DNA of 64,000 bases, taken from positions 27,885 through 91,884 of the forward strand of contig CAXGMD010000003.1 in the NCBI GenBank assembly GCA_964010765.1, written 5' to 3'. Made by a program: the position numbers and the translations under genes. Below, one piece after another: positions 29,273-42,015 of this stretch. The notes below the pieces were generated by a model. It was not told the origin of the DNA, ran no database searches, and saw nothing but the letters and a program-made list of their open reading frames with translations. This DNA is from an uncultured bacterium. GTDB taxonomy: Bacteria > SAR324 > NAC60-12. Positions within the stretch are counted from its first letter, which is position 1, and the number at the start of each line of letters is the position of its first letter.

Positions 29273-30446
29273 TTGCCTCTCCTGTTACCAGTTGGGACTG
29301 TAAGTGTTGCCAGCTTTGCTCGTAAACTGACAATGTCTGCTCTAGCAATTTATTCGGATCAAAACGTTCCAAAGACTGCTGACGGGCATTCTTACCGAAC
29401 TCTGAAATGCGTTCTGGACTTTCTAGCATCCACTCCAGAATTTCGGCCAGGGCTTCAGCACTCTTGTCTTTCGCGATCCGGCCTGTGACACCATCCTGAA
29501 TGATCTCAGGTAGAGCTCCGGTAGGAAAAGCAATCACAGGCTTCCCTACAGAGAAAAATTCAACAGCCACACGACAAATCACTTCAGAATCAACAGAGCT
29601 TACTACACCAATGTCAGTGTGACGCATAATTTCCAGAACATCCTCGCGATAACCATACAAGTAGACGCTCTGCTGGAGATTCGATTCAACCAAATCTTGC
29701 AAAAGCCCTTGCCATTCTGCCTCCGTCTCATTCGTGTCTCGATAGAGCATCAGCAGCACTATGTCTGGGAAACGCTTTCTTAGTGTAGCAAAACTTTTTA
29801 GAAGAATCCTTTGCCCCTTGACTGGCCGAATACGCCCGACAATACCAATGACTCGACATTGCCTTGGGATACCTAATCGATCAAGACACTCTAATCGAGA
29901 TTGTTGAGCTTCACTTTCTCCCTGTGAATCAATCGAACTTGGGTTAACAGGATAGTAGATGACCTGCAGACGCTCTGATGGAAGATTGAGGATCTGGCGA
30001 AGTTGGGAAGCGATCACCTGTGCAGGCACAATCACGGACTCAATCCAATCCTCATGTAACTTACGATTTAGCCAATGATCACGAAGTGGTCGAGTTGTAC
30101 CGCGAGTACGGATTAACGCAAAACTTTTCAGCCGTTGCCGAAGCAACACGAGCAGGGGGAATCCCTCAGATCGGTGAGCATTGACAATCTGAATCTGCTG
30201 TTCCTCAATCAGGGATTGCAACCGTCGGTAGGCCCGCCAAAGTTGCCAGGGATTTGAAGAACTAAGTGGGATATCCGTAATGATTGGCAGGTTCCAATTA
30301 CGCAGCTTGGTCTCATTCAAGGAATTGGGGAGGGTCAGTACCCAAACTTTATGCCCAGCATTCAGTAGTTCTCTTGCAAGGGTAGCTGCATAGGCGGCCT
30401 CCGCATTCCACCAGCGAACGTTGCTGGTGATCAGGATCCGCATCAA
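29259..30446 (-). CDS. Glycosyltransferase family 4 (GT-B)
   Basis: MRILI, VNAHRS, VGRIRPVKGQ, SEVICRVAVE (E-x7-E), GALPEII.DG.TG. Confidence 0.9.
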   Translation of the reverse strand: MMRILITSNVRWWNAEAAYAATLARELLNAGHKVWVLTLPNSLNETKLRNWNLPIITDIPLSSSNPWQLWRAYRRLQSLIEEQQIQIVNAHRSEGFPLLVLLRQRLKSFALIRTRGTTRPLRDHWLNRKLHEDWIESVIVPAQVIASQLRQILNLPSERLQVIYYPVNPSSIDSQGESEAQQSRLECLDRLGIPRQCRVIGIVGRIRPVKGQRILLKSFATLRKRFPDIVLLMLYRDTNETEAEWQGLLQDLVESNLQQSVYLYGYREDVLEIMRHTDIGVVSSVDSEVICRVAVEFFSVGKPVIAFPTGALPEIIQDGVTGRIAKDKSAEALAEILEWMLESPERISEFGKNARQQSLERFDPNKLLEQTLSVYEQSWQHLQSQLVTGEANVRP

Positions 30447-30449
30447 TCC

Positions 30450-31841
30450 CTAGAAATCGGCATGGCCAGGCACTCGTGGGAAGGGGATCACGTCACGGAT
30501 GTTCTTCATACCTGTCACGAATTGAACAATCCGCTCAAAGCCAAGACCAAAACCGGAGTGAGGCACAGAACCGTAGCGACGCAGATCTAGATACCAACCA
30601 TATTCTTCCTCCGGCAAATCTAACTCGCGGAGACGCTTTTGTAATTGTTCAAGGTTGTCTTCACGCTGGGAACCTCCGATGATCTCCCCAATTCTTGGAA
30701 ACAAGACATCCATTGCCGCCACTGTGCGATCATCTGGATTCTGCTTCATATAGAATGCTTTGATGTCACGTGGGTAGTCTGTCAAAACGACGGGGCAGCC
30801 ATAGTGCTGCTCTGTCAGATAACGTTCATGTTCTGACTGTAGGTCTGCACCCCATTCTACTGGAAACTCGAAGGGCTGTTTTGATTGCTGGAGGATCTCA
30901 ACCGCTTCCGTATAAGACACGGTCTGGAATTCGGATGAAACGATGTGCTCCAACGTTGCACAAAGCTCTGAATCATACATCTTCTGCAGGAATGCCAAGT
31001 CTTCTGAGTGGCGTTCGAGGCAATTGCTGAGCAGGAATTTTAGGAAGTCAGTAGCTAGTTGAACCAGATCTGGCAACTCGCAGAAAGCCACCTCTGGCTC
31101 AATCATCCAAAACTCTGCAAGATGCCGGGATGTATTGGAATTTTCTGCACGAAACGTTGGTCCAAAGGTGTAGACATCGCCAAACGAGCACGCGAATGCC
31201 TCTACATTCAACTGGCCTGACACTGTCAAGAATACAGGACGACCAAAGAAGTCAGCGCTGTAGCCGGGCTTACTCTGAGAAGTTAGGGGTAGTCGTTGAT
31301 CTAGTGGCAGAGTCGTAACTTGAAACAATGCCCCTGCCCCTTCTGTGTCGCTGGCAGTGATGATTGGTGTGTGAATGTAAAGAAATCCACGTTCCTGAAA
31401 GAAACGATGGACCGCATCAGCAAGTGTATTCCTGATTCTGAAGACAGCACCAAAAGTATTGGTTCGTGGTCGGAGGTGGGCAATTTCGCGCAGGAATTCG
31501 AGGGTGTGACCTTTTTTTTGGAGTGGGTAGTCCTCTCCCGGTGACCTGCCGTAGATTCGGATTTGCTGAGCTTGTATTTCGAAAGTTTGTCCCTTGCCAG
31601 GAGACTCAACCAGTTGGCCAATCACTTCAACCGCGGAGCCCGTTGTTAATTTGGCGATCTCTTCGTAACCGGGCAACTCTGCATCAGCAATAATTTGGAT
31701 TCCTGACTGTGTCGAGCCATCATTCAAATTGAGGAAAGAAAATTTCTTTGAATTTCTTACTGTTCGTAGCCAACCTCGTAGACAAATCTCCTGACCAACC
31801 AAATCTGAAGACAGCGCTGCCAGACGAGTCCGTTGACTCAT
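30450..31841 (-). CDS. asnS: Asparagine--tRNA ligase
   Basis: [45 protein letters not shown]. Confidence 0.96.
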   Translation of the reverse strand: MSQRTRLAALSSDLVGQEICLRGWLRTVRNSKKFSFLNLNDGSTQSGIQIIADAELPGYEEIAKLTTGSAVEVIGQLVESPGKGQTFEIQAQQIRIYGRSPGEDYPLQKKGHTLEFLREIAHLRPRTNTFGAVFRIRNTLADAVHRFFQERGFLYIHTPIITASDTEGAGALFQVTTLPLDQRLPLTSQSKPGYSADFFGRPVFLTVSGQLNVEAFACSFGDVYTFGPTFRAENSNTSRHLAEFWMIEPEVAFCELPDLVQLATDFLKFLLSNCLERHSEDLAFLQKMYDSELCATLEHIVSSEFQTVSYTEAVEILQQSKQPFEFPVEWGADLQSEHERYLTEQHYGCPVVLTDYPRDIKAFYMKQNPDDRTVAAMDVLFPRIGEIIGGSQREDNLEQLQKRLRELDLPEEEYGWYLDLRRYGSVPHSGFGLGFERIVQFVTGMKNIRDVIPFPRVPGHADF

Positions 31842-33190
31842 AGCATGCCCCGCAGTTTCTTAGACACATCAATCTCAATACTCTCGACCAGGCCCGACAA
31901 TTCTTTGACGTCCATCAACATGCTCTTGCGATCCGGCATGATTGCGTAAAGGTACTTGACGTACTCGGGCAGCATCTTCAAATAGACCTGATTTCGGTCA
32001 AAGCGAATTTGCTTACTCAGGAAAAGCTCCAGTTGTCCTCTGGACATGTGCTTAAAGACATCAATGAAACCTGTTGAGCAGGTCTCTAACTCCTTACTGA
32101 CATCTTTTGGATAGAAGTCCGAAAACCGCTTACGAGAAGTCATGATTCTAGAAAACAGAAGCATCGTGATACAGACCACTGTACCGTTCACCCAATCAAT
32201 CCCGTACATCCCCAAATATCCGATTAAGAAATAGCATGCACCGATGATTGAACCCGTCAACTGAAGAGCAAGACGCACTCTTTCCACAGCCAAGAACTTG
32301 AAATTATATTTGCGCTCTTTGACGAAAAACCCGAGGCCGTCTGTGAAACTGTCAACCCCCATCACCAACTCTTCTGCTGAAGCCAGTCGATTCTGGAGTT
32401 CTGTCTCAAGTTGTTTCTTTTTCTCGGCTGCGCGCGCATTAAGAATTTCCTGGGAGACATAACGCTTCGTAGCCTTCAGTTTCTCGACCAGCACTCCAAG
32501 GAATTCGAATGGGTTCTCCGAACTCATCTGGTTTTGCTTGAACTGTGACTTAGCCTGTAGATAGTTGATGACCTCATCATAAAGGCGCAGGCGTTTCTTG
32601 CGTGCCTTCTTAGAACCTGTACGGCCACTGCGAGCCTCATACTCCGCATCTTCCTGAGCTTCAATGACCATTTCCTTGCGAATCAGAAGCGTAAAGATTT
32701 CGGAACAGACGTCACCATGATTTTTGTTCATGTCGAACATCTTGGAGAAGATCTCACATATCACATAACTGGTTCCCGAAAATTTGCGATCACCAATCTC
32801 TACGTCTGACTTCTCCATGTTGTAGAAAGACTCCAACAGGTAGTCGAGCATGTCCTGTACGTAGCCAACGTAGTCCTCCGTGTTGACACTTTCATTGATG
32901 AGAGCCACCCAACTGAGAGCTGCAAAACGCTGTGTCTGCTCGTTGTCGAGCAGCATCTCGAGGGCATCAATGAAGTAGGGAAGCTTCTTGAGTGTATTCG
33001 TACTGGTGTAAACAAAGTCAGAGACCGTGACAGCTGCCGCTTTTGGATCTACCTCTTTCTCAAAAAGAACGACCATTCGGGTCGCTAGATCTTTGGCAAA
33101 ACTCTCCGGAATCGCATCCTCGTCAGGCCCTCCGGCCCCTTCACCTTCTTCATCCAGAAGATCATCATCAAAATCAGTATCTTCTCGCAT
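31838..33190 (-). CDS. Hypothetical membrane-anchored protein (450 aa)
   Basis: GAGGAAG ribosome site; acidic N-terminus; helical body; two TM helices near the C-terminus; ATGA overlap with asnS. Confidence 0.8.
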   Translation of the reverse strand: MREDTDFDDDLLDEEGEGAGGPDEDAIPESFAKDLATRMVVLFEKEVDPKAAAVTVSDFVYTSTNTLKKLPYFIDALEMLLDNEQTQRFAALSWVALINESVNTEDYVGYVQDMLDYLLESFYNMEKSDVEIGDRKFSGTSYVICEIFSKMFDMNKNHGDVCSEIFTLLIRKEMVIEAQEDAEYEARSGRTGSKKARKKRLRLYDEVINYLQAKSQFKQNQMSSENPFEFLGVLVEKLKATKRYVSQEILNARAAEKKKQLETELQNRLASAEELVMGVDSFTDGLGFFVKERKYNFKFLAVERVRLALQLTGSIIGACYFLIGYLGMYGIDWVNGTVVCITMLLFSRIMTSRKRFSDFYPKDVSKELETCSTGFIDVFKHMSRGQLELFLSKQIRFDRNQVYLKMLPEYVKYLYAIMPDRKSMLMDVKELSGLVESIEIDVSKKLRGML

Positions 33191-33225
33191 ACTTCCTCAT
33201 GTTCAGCACATGTATGGAATTGGCT

Positions 33226-35169
33226 TTATCGCAAAGCTGGTGGTGTCGATTCCGCTTGCAATTGAACTAAAAAATCTTCGAAGAGTAACGTCTGTTGCTC
33301 TTTAGAACCTAGTCGCCGAACCGTCACAGTTTTTTCTTCGGCCTCTCGTCTTCCTAGTGCTAGTAGTACCGGCACTTTCTGTAGGCTGTGTTCTCGAACT
33401 TTGTAGCTAATTTTCTCATTGCGCAAATCAACCTCAGCGCGCAGGCCCGCAGCCAATAGTTGGTTTTGCAAATCCAGTGCATAGTCATTGGCTTCTGTGA
33501 CGATCGTTGCCAAGACAGCCTGTGTCGGAGCCAGCCACAGTGGGAAGCGTCCGGCAAACTGTTCAACCAAAATACCCAAAAACCTCTCAAAGGAACCAAG
33601 AATCGCACGGTGCAGCATCACAGGTCGATAACGCTGTCCATCTTCTGCGACATAGCTTGCATCCAGGCGTTCTGGCAAAACAAAATCCACTTGCAGAGTT
33701 CCACATTGCCAATCCCGACCGATTGCATCACGCAACACGAACTCTAGTTTTGGCCCATAGAAGGCACCTTCTCCTGGATTCAGAGTGTAATCCTGACCAG
33801 CAGTTCTTGTTGCTGCTAGCAGCGCTGATTCTGCACGATCCCAAATCTCATCAGAACCAGCACGAACCTCAGGTCGGTCTGAAAATTTTACGTGGAAACT
33901 TTCGAAGCCAAAGTCCTGGTAGATTGTCGAGAGCAATTCAATAAAAGCCTTGGTTTCTCCTTCAATCTGGCTCTCTGTGCAGAAGATGTGCGCATCATCC
34001 TGAGTAAAAGCACGTACGCGCATCAACCCGTGTAGCGCTCCATGTGGTTCATAACGATGGCAAGAACCAAACTCGGCAAGACGTAACGGCAGGTCACGGT
34101 AGCTCTTGATCCCCTGGCGGAAGATCTGCACATGCCCTGGACAGTTCATAGGTTTGAGAGCCAAAGAGCGCTGATCCTCGCTATGTCCTTTGCCACCTTC
34201 ATCCACTTCGGCAATGAACATATGCTCCCGAAATTTTTCCCAATGGCCTGATTTCTCCCAGAGCAATCGGTCCACTAACTGTGGGGTCTTAACCTCTACA
34301 TAGCCTGCTTTTTCCAACCGCTGACGCATGTACTGCTCACAAATTCTGTACAACGTCCAGCCCTTTGGATGCCAGAATACAGATCCCAAAGCCTCGTCTT
34401 GGAAATGAAACAACCCCATCTCACGACCAAGTCGTCGATGATCTCGCCGCTCTGCTTCCTCCAGTTGATGCAGATAGCCATTGAGTTCTTTCTCATTGGA
34501 CCAAGCGGTGCCATAGATGCGTTGAAGCATCGCGTTCTCAGACTTCCCACGCCAATAGGCTCCTGCCAGTTTCATTAACTTAAAGCCCTGCCCCAAACGG
34601 CCTGTTGAAGGTAGGTGGGGCCCTCGACATAAGTCGATGAACTCTCCCTGGCGATAGAGGGAGATCACCTCATCTTCTGGGAGATCACGAATGATTTGTG
34701 CCTTGTAAGTCTCTCCTTGCTCTTCAAAAAAAGTGATCGCTACGTCCCGCTCCCAGACCTCTCTTTGAATAGAGATATCTTCTTTCACTAACTCTCGCAT
34801 CCGGTCTTCAATCCGTTCCAAATCATCAGGAGTGAAAGACTCTTCACGAGCAAAATCATAATAGAACCCATTCTCAATCACCGGACCAATAGTGACCTGA
34901 GTTTCTGGGTAGAGTTCTTTAACAGCCTGGGCCATCACATGTGCCGCATCATGGCGCAGCAACTCTACGCCATCGGGCTGAGTTCGTGTTACAATTTCGA
35001 TCTGTGCCTGATTGGGCAATTCTAGATAAATATCACTAAGCTGTTCATTGATACGAACAGCCACTGCATCTTGTGCTAAGCGGCGACCGATGCTGTTAGC
35101 CAGGTCCAATCCTGTAGCACCTTCAGGCAATTGACGGGATGAACCATCGGGCAAGAAAACTTCAATCAT
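33226..35169 (-). CDS. thrS: Threonine--tRNA ligase
   Basis: TGS domain, [40 protein letters not shown]. Confidence 0.97.
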   Translation of the reverse strand: MIEVFLPDGSSRQLPEGATGLDLANSIGRRLAQDAVAVRINEQLSDIYLELPNQAQIEIVTRTQPDGVELLRHDAAHVMAQAVKELYPETQVTIGPVIENGFYYDFAREESFTPDDLERIEDRMRELVKEDISIQREVWERDVAITFFEEQGETYKAQIIRDLPEDEVISLYRQGEFIDLCRGPHLPSTGRLGQGFKLMKLAGAYWRGKSENAMLQRIYGTAWSNEKELNGYLHQLEEAERRDHRRLGREMGLFHFQDEALGSVFWHPKGWTLYRICEQYMRQRLEKAGYVEVKTPQLVDRLLWEKSGHWEKFREHMFIAEVDEGGKGHSEDQRSLALKPMNCPGHVQIFRQGIKSYRDLPLRLAEFGSCHRYEPHGALHGLMRVRAFTQDDAHIFCTESQIEGETKAFIELLSTIYQDFGFESFHVKFSDRPEVRAGSDEIWDRAESALLAATRTAGQDYTLNPGEGAFYGPKLEFVLRDAIGRDWQCGTLQVDFVLPERLDASYVAEDGQRYRPVMLHRAILGSFERFLGILVEQFAGRFPLWLAPTQAVLATIVTEANDYALDLQNQLLAAGLRAEVDLRNEKISYKVREHSLQKVPVLLALGRREAEEKTVTVRRLGSKEQQTLLFEDFLVQLQAESTPPALR

Positions 35170-35217
35170 GGAAAAATATTATTGCGGGCTATTGGGGAAA
35201 ATATCGTTGTGATCTGG

Positions 35218-37614
35218 TCAGGCAACCGTTTCAGTACCATCTGTCGGAAGTTCTTCTCCGGCAGTGGTTGGTACCTCAAGCAAGGCTGGGTGATGTTCCA
35301 AGGCAATGTTAAGGGCGTCATTCACGTTATATACCGCTCGAATCCGCAGTCCATCTGTAATTTCAGCTGGAATTTCAGCCAGATCTTTCTCATTTTCCAC
35401 AGGGATTACAACCGTTGAAAACATGCCCCGACGAGCAGCTAGTAGTTTCTCCTTCAACCCACCTATTTCTGTGACATGTCCCCGGAGAGTGATCTCACCC
35501 GTCATCGCTACTTCGTTGCGAACTGGGATCTGGGTAAAAGCACTAACAATTGCTGTAATCAACGGCAACCCAGCAGACGGACCATCTTTGGGAGTCGCTC
35601 CTTCCGGCAAGTGAATATGTAGATCTCGCTTTTTGAAGAGCTTATGATCGATGCGAAGTGACTCCGCATTGCTGCGTACCCATGAATATGCAGCTTTGGC
35701 AGACTCCTGCATCACATCACCCAATTTACCAGTCAGGGACAATTTACCACCTCCCGGCATCAGTCCAACTTCCACCAGCATGGTTTCTCCGCCCAGTGAA
35801 GTGACACCTAAGCCCATTGCTACGCCCACCTCGTTGTGATCATTCTTGCGATCCCTCGGTGGGTGTGGCACTCCCAAGCACTTGTGTACCAATTTCGGCG
35901 TCACCATCATGTTCTTCTTCTCTTCAGAACGAACCAACTGGGTGACTACTTTCCGACAAATCTTGCCAAGTTCCCGCTCCAGATTACGCACACCGGCCTC
36001 ACGAGTATAGCTTCGGATCACTTCTTCCACCGCAGCCTTGCGGAAACGTAACTGTTCGGCTATCAAACCGTGCAGTTTTCGTTGTCTTGGAATGATAAAA
36101 TCTTCTGCGATTCGAACTTTCTCCAGTTCAGTATAACCCGACAAGCGAATCACCTCCATCCGGTCCAGCAAAGGAGCAGTGATCTGCTGAGTAGAATTGG
36201 CCGTACAGATGAACAGTACGTCTGACAAATCGTATTCAACTTCCAGGTAGTGATCCGTGAAGGTGTTGTTTTGTTCTGGATCCAAAACTTCAAGCATGGC
36301 TGCTGAAGGATCACTGATCACGCTTTGGTAGAGTTTATCGATCTCATCAATCAACAGTACTGGATTATTGCTACTCGCCTTGCGTAAAGACTGGATGATC
36401 TTCCCTGGTAAGGCACCGATGTATGTTCTACGGTGACCACGGATCTCTGCCTCGTCACGCACGCCTCCCAGGCTCATCCTGACAAATTTTCGATCCAACG
36501 CTCTTGCAATTGACTTTGCCAATGACGTCTTACCCACTCCTGGAGGACCAGTCAAACAGATGATCGGCCCTTTCAAAGAACCTCGCAGGTGAGCTACCGC
36601 AAGATATTCGACGATGCGCTCCTTGACCTTCTCCAGTCCATAGTGATCCTCATCCAAGATTTTCTGCGCACGAATCAGATCAAAGTTATCTTGGGTCTTC
36701 TTGCTCCAAGGCATAGAGACGAGCCACTCCAGATAATTCCGAACCACGTTAGCTTCGGAGGACAGTGGCGACATCATCTGTAATTTTTTCAGTTCCTTAC
36801 GAGCCTCTTCCTCCACACCCTCAGGCATTTTTGCTTCTGTAATCTTTTGATCCATTTCCTCCGACTCTGTCTGCCCATCGTCGGCTTGGCCTAATTCTTT
36901 CTGAATGGAACGTAGTTGATCCTGCAGGTAAGTTTCTTTCTGCGAGCGAGAAATTTGCTCTTCCACCTGCTTTTTCAGTTTATCTTCCAAGCGGTTGATC
37001 TCCAACTCGCTTCTCATAAATTGACGCACAAGTTCAAGGCGATGACGAAGTTCAAGGGCTTCGAGGAGCTGTTGTTTCTGCTCTCTACCAATATCCAAAA
37101 CCGGGGCAATCAGATCGGCTACTAAAAAAGATGAAGCTTTCTGCAGGCGTTTGCGAGCTTCCTCTCGAGCCTTATTTTTTACCAATTTAGTGTATTCATC
37201 GAACATCTTCCGAACATCATCTACCAGGCTCCGCATGCCGTCTTCCTCCCCTTCTTCCAGTTCAATCAGACGAATTCTAGCCAGGTATTCATTACGCTCC
37301 AAACTGCTCTCGAGGAGCTGTGCTCGCTGCTCTCCCTCGAAGAGGGCCTTGACCGTTCCATTTGGCAACCGCATTACCTGTAACACTTTCCCAAGAACAC
37401 CATACTCGTAAAGATCTGACTGTTTTGGGCTCTCGACATTTGGATTGCGCTGAGTAACAACAAAAATATGACGATCTTCGCTAAGCGCACGGTCCAAGGC
37501 TTCCATCGAAGCTTTTCGGCCTACGAAAAAAGGTGTAGTCATCCCTGGAAAAATGACTTCTTCCCGCATTGGGAGCATCGGCACGGTTCTGATCTCAGCG
37601 TTCGCAACAAACAT
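35218..37614 (-). CDS. lon: ATP-dependent protease La
   Basis: LON N-domain, GPPGVGKT, RRTYIGA, PKDGPSAG, GGLKEK. Confidence 0.96.
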   Translation of the reverse strand: MFVANAEIRTVPMLPMREEVIFPGMTTPFFVGRKASMEALDRALSEDRHIFVVTQRNPNVESPKQSDLYEYGVLGKVLQVMRLPNGTVKALFEGEQRAQLLESSLERNEYLARIRLIELEEGEEDGMRSLVDDVRKMFDEYTKLVKNKAREEARKRLQKASSFLVADLIAPVLDIGREQKQQLLEALELRHRLELVRQFMRSELEINRLEDKLKKQVEEQISRSQKETYLQDQLRSIQKELGQADDGQTESEEMDQKITEAKMPEGVEEEARKELKKLQMMSPLSSEANVVRNYLEWLVSMPWSKKTQDNFDLIRAQKILDEDHYGLEKVKERIVEYLAVAHLRGSLKGPIICLTGPPGVGKTSLAKSIARALDRKFVRMSLGGVRDEAEIRGHRRTYIGALPGKIIQSLRKASSNNPVLLIDEIDKLYQSVISDPSAAMLEVLDPEQNNTFTDHYLEVEYDLSDVLFICTANSTQQITAPLLDRMEVIRLSGYTELEKVRIAEDFIIPRQRKLHGLIAEQLRFRKAAVEEVIRSYTREAGVRNLERELGKICRKVVTQLVRSEEKKNMMVTPKLVHKCLGVPHPPRDRKNDHNEVGVAMGLGVTSLGGETMLVEVGLMPGGGKLSLTGKLGDVMQESAKAAYSWVRSNAESLRIDHKLFKKRDLHIHLPEGATPKDGPSAGLPLITAIVSAFTQIPVRNEVAMTGEITLRGHVTEIGGLKEKLLAARRGMFSTVVIPVENEKDLAEIPAEITDGLRIRAVYNVNDALNIALEHHPALLEVPTTAGEELPTDGTETVA

Positions 37615-37804
37615 GGAACTGTCTCGGTTGAAGGACTCAAGATTGATTAGAAAGACTTATTATATTAGAGAAAATATGCTTAAGGAACAAGTTCTGGAAT
37701 TCAGTCACTGATCATGAGTTGCATTGTTTTATCGACATTCCCCCAGCAAGCCGATAAAGTAATTTTCTACTGATTTTGCTAAGTTTTCAATATGGAGAAC
37801 TACT

Positions 37805-39637
37805 ATGAAGCGACTACTCTGCTGGGGATTCTGTGCCCTATCGTTTTTGTGGGTCAGCTCGGTTGCTGCCAACGAAGAATTACCATTACGCCATGCACTG
37901 GCCATGAATGGTGAACCTAAATATTCAGCGGACTTCACCCACTTCGAATATGCGAACCCAAACGCACCCAAAGGAGGCCAACTTCATCAGAGCGTGATTG
38001 GCACCTACGACAGTTTTCACCCTTTCATTCCGAAAGGTGTCGGTGCTGAGGATATCGGGCTGATCTATGAAACCCTAATGATTAGTTCGCAGGATGAGCC
38101 TTTCACCGAATATGGCCTCCTCGCAGCACATGTTCAGATGCCTGAAGACCGATCCTTTGTGATTTTCCATCTGCACCCAGATGCCAAGTTCCATGATGGA
38201 GCATCAGTCAAGCCTGCCGATGTGATTTTCACCTTCAACTCACTGTTAGAGAAAGGTGATCCCTTTTACAAGAAATATTACAAAGATGTGCAGTCTGTGA
38301 CTGATCTTGGTGAAGGACGAGTACGCTTTGACTTCGGGGATAGCACTAACCAGGAATTACCTTTGATTGTCGGCCAACTCCCAGTGCTTCCACAGCACTA
38401 TTGGGAGAATCGAGACTTTGGAGAGTCAACGCTGGAACCTCCCTTGGGAAGTGGTCCTTACCGCATTGCCGAGTTCGAAGCAGGCAAGACAATTACCTAC
38501 GAACGTGTGCCAGACTATTGGGGTAAAGATCGACCTGCGCAACGTGGCCATTACAACTTTGACCGCATTCGTTACGACTACTACCGCGACAGCACTGTTG
38601 CTCTAGAAGCCTTTAACGCCGGTGAGTACAACTTCCGCCAAGAAAACACCTCCAAAGACTGGGCCACGATGTACAATGGCCCCAAATACGAACAACAATT
38701 GATCATTAAGGAAGAGATTCACCACGAACTTCCCCGTGGAATGCAAGGCTTCGCATATAACTTGAGACGACCCATCTTCCAGGACGCTCGAGTTCGGGAA
38801 GCACTGGGCTATGCTTTCGATTTTGAATGGAGCAATCAGAACCTCTTCTATGGCCAGTATCGCAGAAGTACTAGCTACTACACCAACTCTGAAATGGCTT
38901 CCTCCGGCCTACCTTCAGAAGCAGAGCTAAAGTATCTAGAACCCCTGAAGGATCAGCTACCTCCAGAAGTTTTTACTACGGAATTTAGGGTTCCAGTCAG
39001 TGATGGATCCGGGAATTTACGTTCCCAATTGCGTCAAGCTGGTGCGCTACTAAGCGCTGCTGGCTGGCAAGTAGATGCTAATAGTCGCAAGCGCGTCAAC
39101 AACGCCGGCGAATCCTTCAGCTTTGAAATCCTGCTGGTTTCTCCAGCTTTCGAGCGCATCGTACTGCCCTTCAAGAAAAATTTGGAGCGTTTGGGAATTG
39201 ACATGAGCGTGCGAGTCGTGGACCCCTCACAATATGTCAACCGCCTACGTAGCTTCGATTTCGACATGGTTGTCACCGTGGTCGGACAATCGCTCTCACC
39301 TGGCAATGAACAGCGCGAGTTCTGGCACTCGGAATCTGCGGATTTAGAAGGCAGCCGCAATCTGATGGGAATCCGTAATCCAGCTGTCGATCAACTTGTT
39401 GAATCGCTAATTGCTGCACCAAATCGCCAGGAATTGATCACTCGTACGAGAGCCCTTGACCGAGCCTTGCTCTGGAACCACTACCTGATTCCACATTGGC
39501 ACATCAACTATTTCCGAGTGGGCTACTGGAATCGATTCTCTCGCCCCGCGATCACACCCAAGTATGGTCTTGGACTGCTGACCTGGTGGGAAGACCCAAC
39601 CAAAGCTGCCAAGGTTGACAGCCAGAACAAAAACTAA
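37805..39637 (+). CDS. ABC transporter substrate-binding protein, family 5 (YejA-like)
   Basis: HALAMNGEPKY..FTHFEYANPNAPKGG, PPLGSGPY, SPGNEQREFW, RALDRAL. Confidence 0.9.
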   Translation: MKRLLCWGFCALSFLWVSSVAANEELPLRHALAMNGEPKYSADFTHFEYANPNAPKGGQLHQSVIGTYDSFHPFIPKGVGAEDIGLIYETLMISSQDEPFTEYGLLAAHVQMPEDRSFVIFHLHPDAKFHDGASVKPADVIFTFNSLLEKGDPFYKKYYKDVQSVTDLGEGRVRFDFGDSTNQELPLIVGQLPVLPQHYWENRDFGESTLEPPLGSGPYRIAEFEAGKTITYERVPDYWGKDRPAQRGHYNFDRIRYDYYRDSTVALEAFNAGEYNFRQENTSKDWATMYNGPKYEQQLIIKEEIHHELPRGMQGFAYNLRRPIFQDARVREALGYAFDFEWSNQNLFYGQYRRSTSYYTNSEMASSGLPSEAELKYLEPLKDQLPPEVFTTEFRVPVSDGSGNLRSQLRQAGALLSAAGWQVDANSRKRVNNAGESFSFEILLVSPAFERIVLPFKKNLERLGIDMSVRVVDPSQYVNRLRSFDFDMVVTVVGQSLSPGNEQREFWHSESADLEGSRNLMGIRNPAVDQLVESLIAAPNRQELITRTRALDRALLWNHYLIPHWHINYFRVGYWNRFSRPAITPKYGLGLLTWWEDPTKAAKVDSQNKN

Positions 39638-39660
39638 CCACACCTCCTAAGACCACAGAT

Positions 39661-39691
39661 CAGAGGCTTTTTCTCTAGCAAAGAGCCTCTG
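39661..39691 (+). terminator. Hairpin after the yejA-like gene
   Basis: CAGAGGCTTTTT...AAAGAGCCTCTG; no clear U-tract. Confidence 0.4.
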
Positions 39692-39753
39692 CCATTCCAC
39701 AGTTGTTGGATAATCCGTTTTCTTCAAGATCGTCTTCATTCGAATTGGAATGA

Positions 39754-39780
39754 TTAGCACTCATTGATGGATAGTGCTAT
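39754..39780 (+). promoter_or_regulatory. CIRCE operator 1 (HrcA site)
   Basis: TTAGCACTC-N9-TAGTGCTAT; two mismatches to TTAGCACTC-N9-GAGTGCTAA. Confidence 0.88.
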
Positions 39781-39787
39781 TTTTCTC

Positions 39788-39816
39788 TTGATTTCTCAAA
39801 CTGGCTTGGATAAGTT
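39788..39816 (+). promoter_or_regulatory. Sigma70-type promoter of groESL
   Basis: TTGATT-N17-TAAGTT lying between the two CIRCE elements. Confidence 0.65.
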
Positions 39817-39817
39817 T

Positions 39818-39844
39818 TTAGCACTCACTTCAACCGAATGCTAA
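39818..39844 (+). promoter_or_regulatory. CIRCE operator 2 (HrcA site)
   Basis: TTAGCACTC-N9-GAATGCTAA; one mismatch to consensus. Confidence 0.92.
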
Positions 39845-39895
39845 TACTGGCATTCACTTGGAGCTAACCTTAAAATCGTTCGCAAAAGGAGAACC

Positions 39896-40177
39896 ATGAT
39901 TCGTCCACTGCAAGATCGCATTTTGGTGAAACGCATTGAGGCGGAAGAGAAGACCTCCGGCGGTATCATCATTCCAGACACCGCTAAGGAGAAGCCACAA
40001 GAAGGTGAAGTCGTTGCTGTCGGTAAGGGCAAGCGTCTGGACAATGGCAATGTGATTGAGCCAGATGTGAAAGCTGGTGATCGCGTTCTTTTCAGCAAGT
40101 ACGGCGGCACCGAAGTCAAGGTAGATGGTCAGGATTATCTGATCATGCGTGAAGATGACATTCTCGGCGTCCTCTGA
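39896..40177 (+). CDS. groES: Co-chaperonin GroES
   Basis: [35 protein letters not shown]. Confidence 0.98.
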   Translation: MIRPLQDRILVKRIEAEEKTSGGIIIPDTAKEKPQEGEVVAVGKGKRLDNGNVIEPDVKAGDRVLFSKYGGTEVKVDGQDYLIMREDDILGVL

Positions 40178-40194
40178 TTCAATCCTCCCGCTAA

Positions 40195-41874
<1,680 letters not shown>

Positions 41875-41930
41875 TTCATGCCCAGACGTCGTGACAGTAT
41901 CTAGGTACTGTCAGCCGGCTGAAAGCCTCG

Positions 41931-41966
41931 AAAGGTGGTTCGTCTAAAGGCGGACCACCTTTTTTT
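41931..41966 (+). terminator. Rho-independent terminator of groESL
   Basis: AAAGGTGGTTCGTC-TAAA-GGCGGACCACCTTT followed by a T-run. Confidence 0.85.
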
Positions 41967-42015
41967 ATGCCCACCAACGAGTAACCAGCCACGATTATTG
42001 CTCCTCAACATTGCC

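Noticed and set aside
39847..39867. Third CIRCE or a sigma54 promoter (CTGGCATTC...GAGCTAA)
   Set aside because: Spacing is wrong for CIRCE, and the -12 GC of sigma54 promoters is absent
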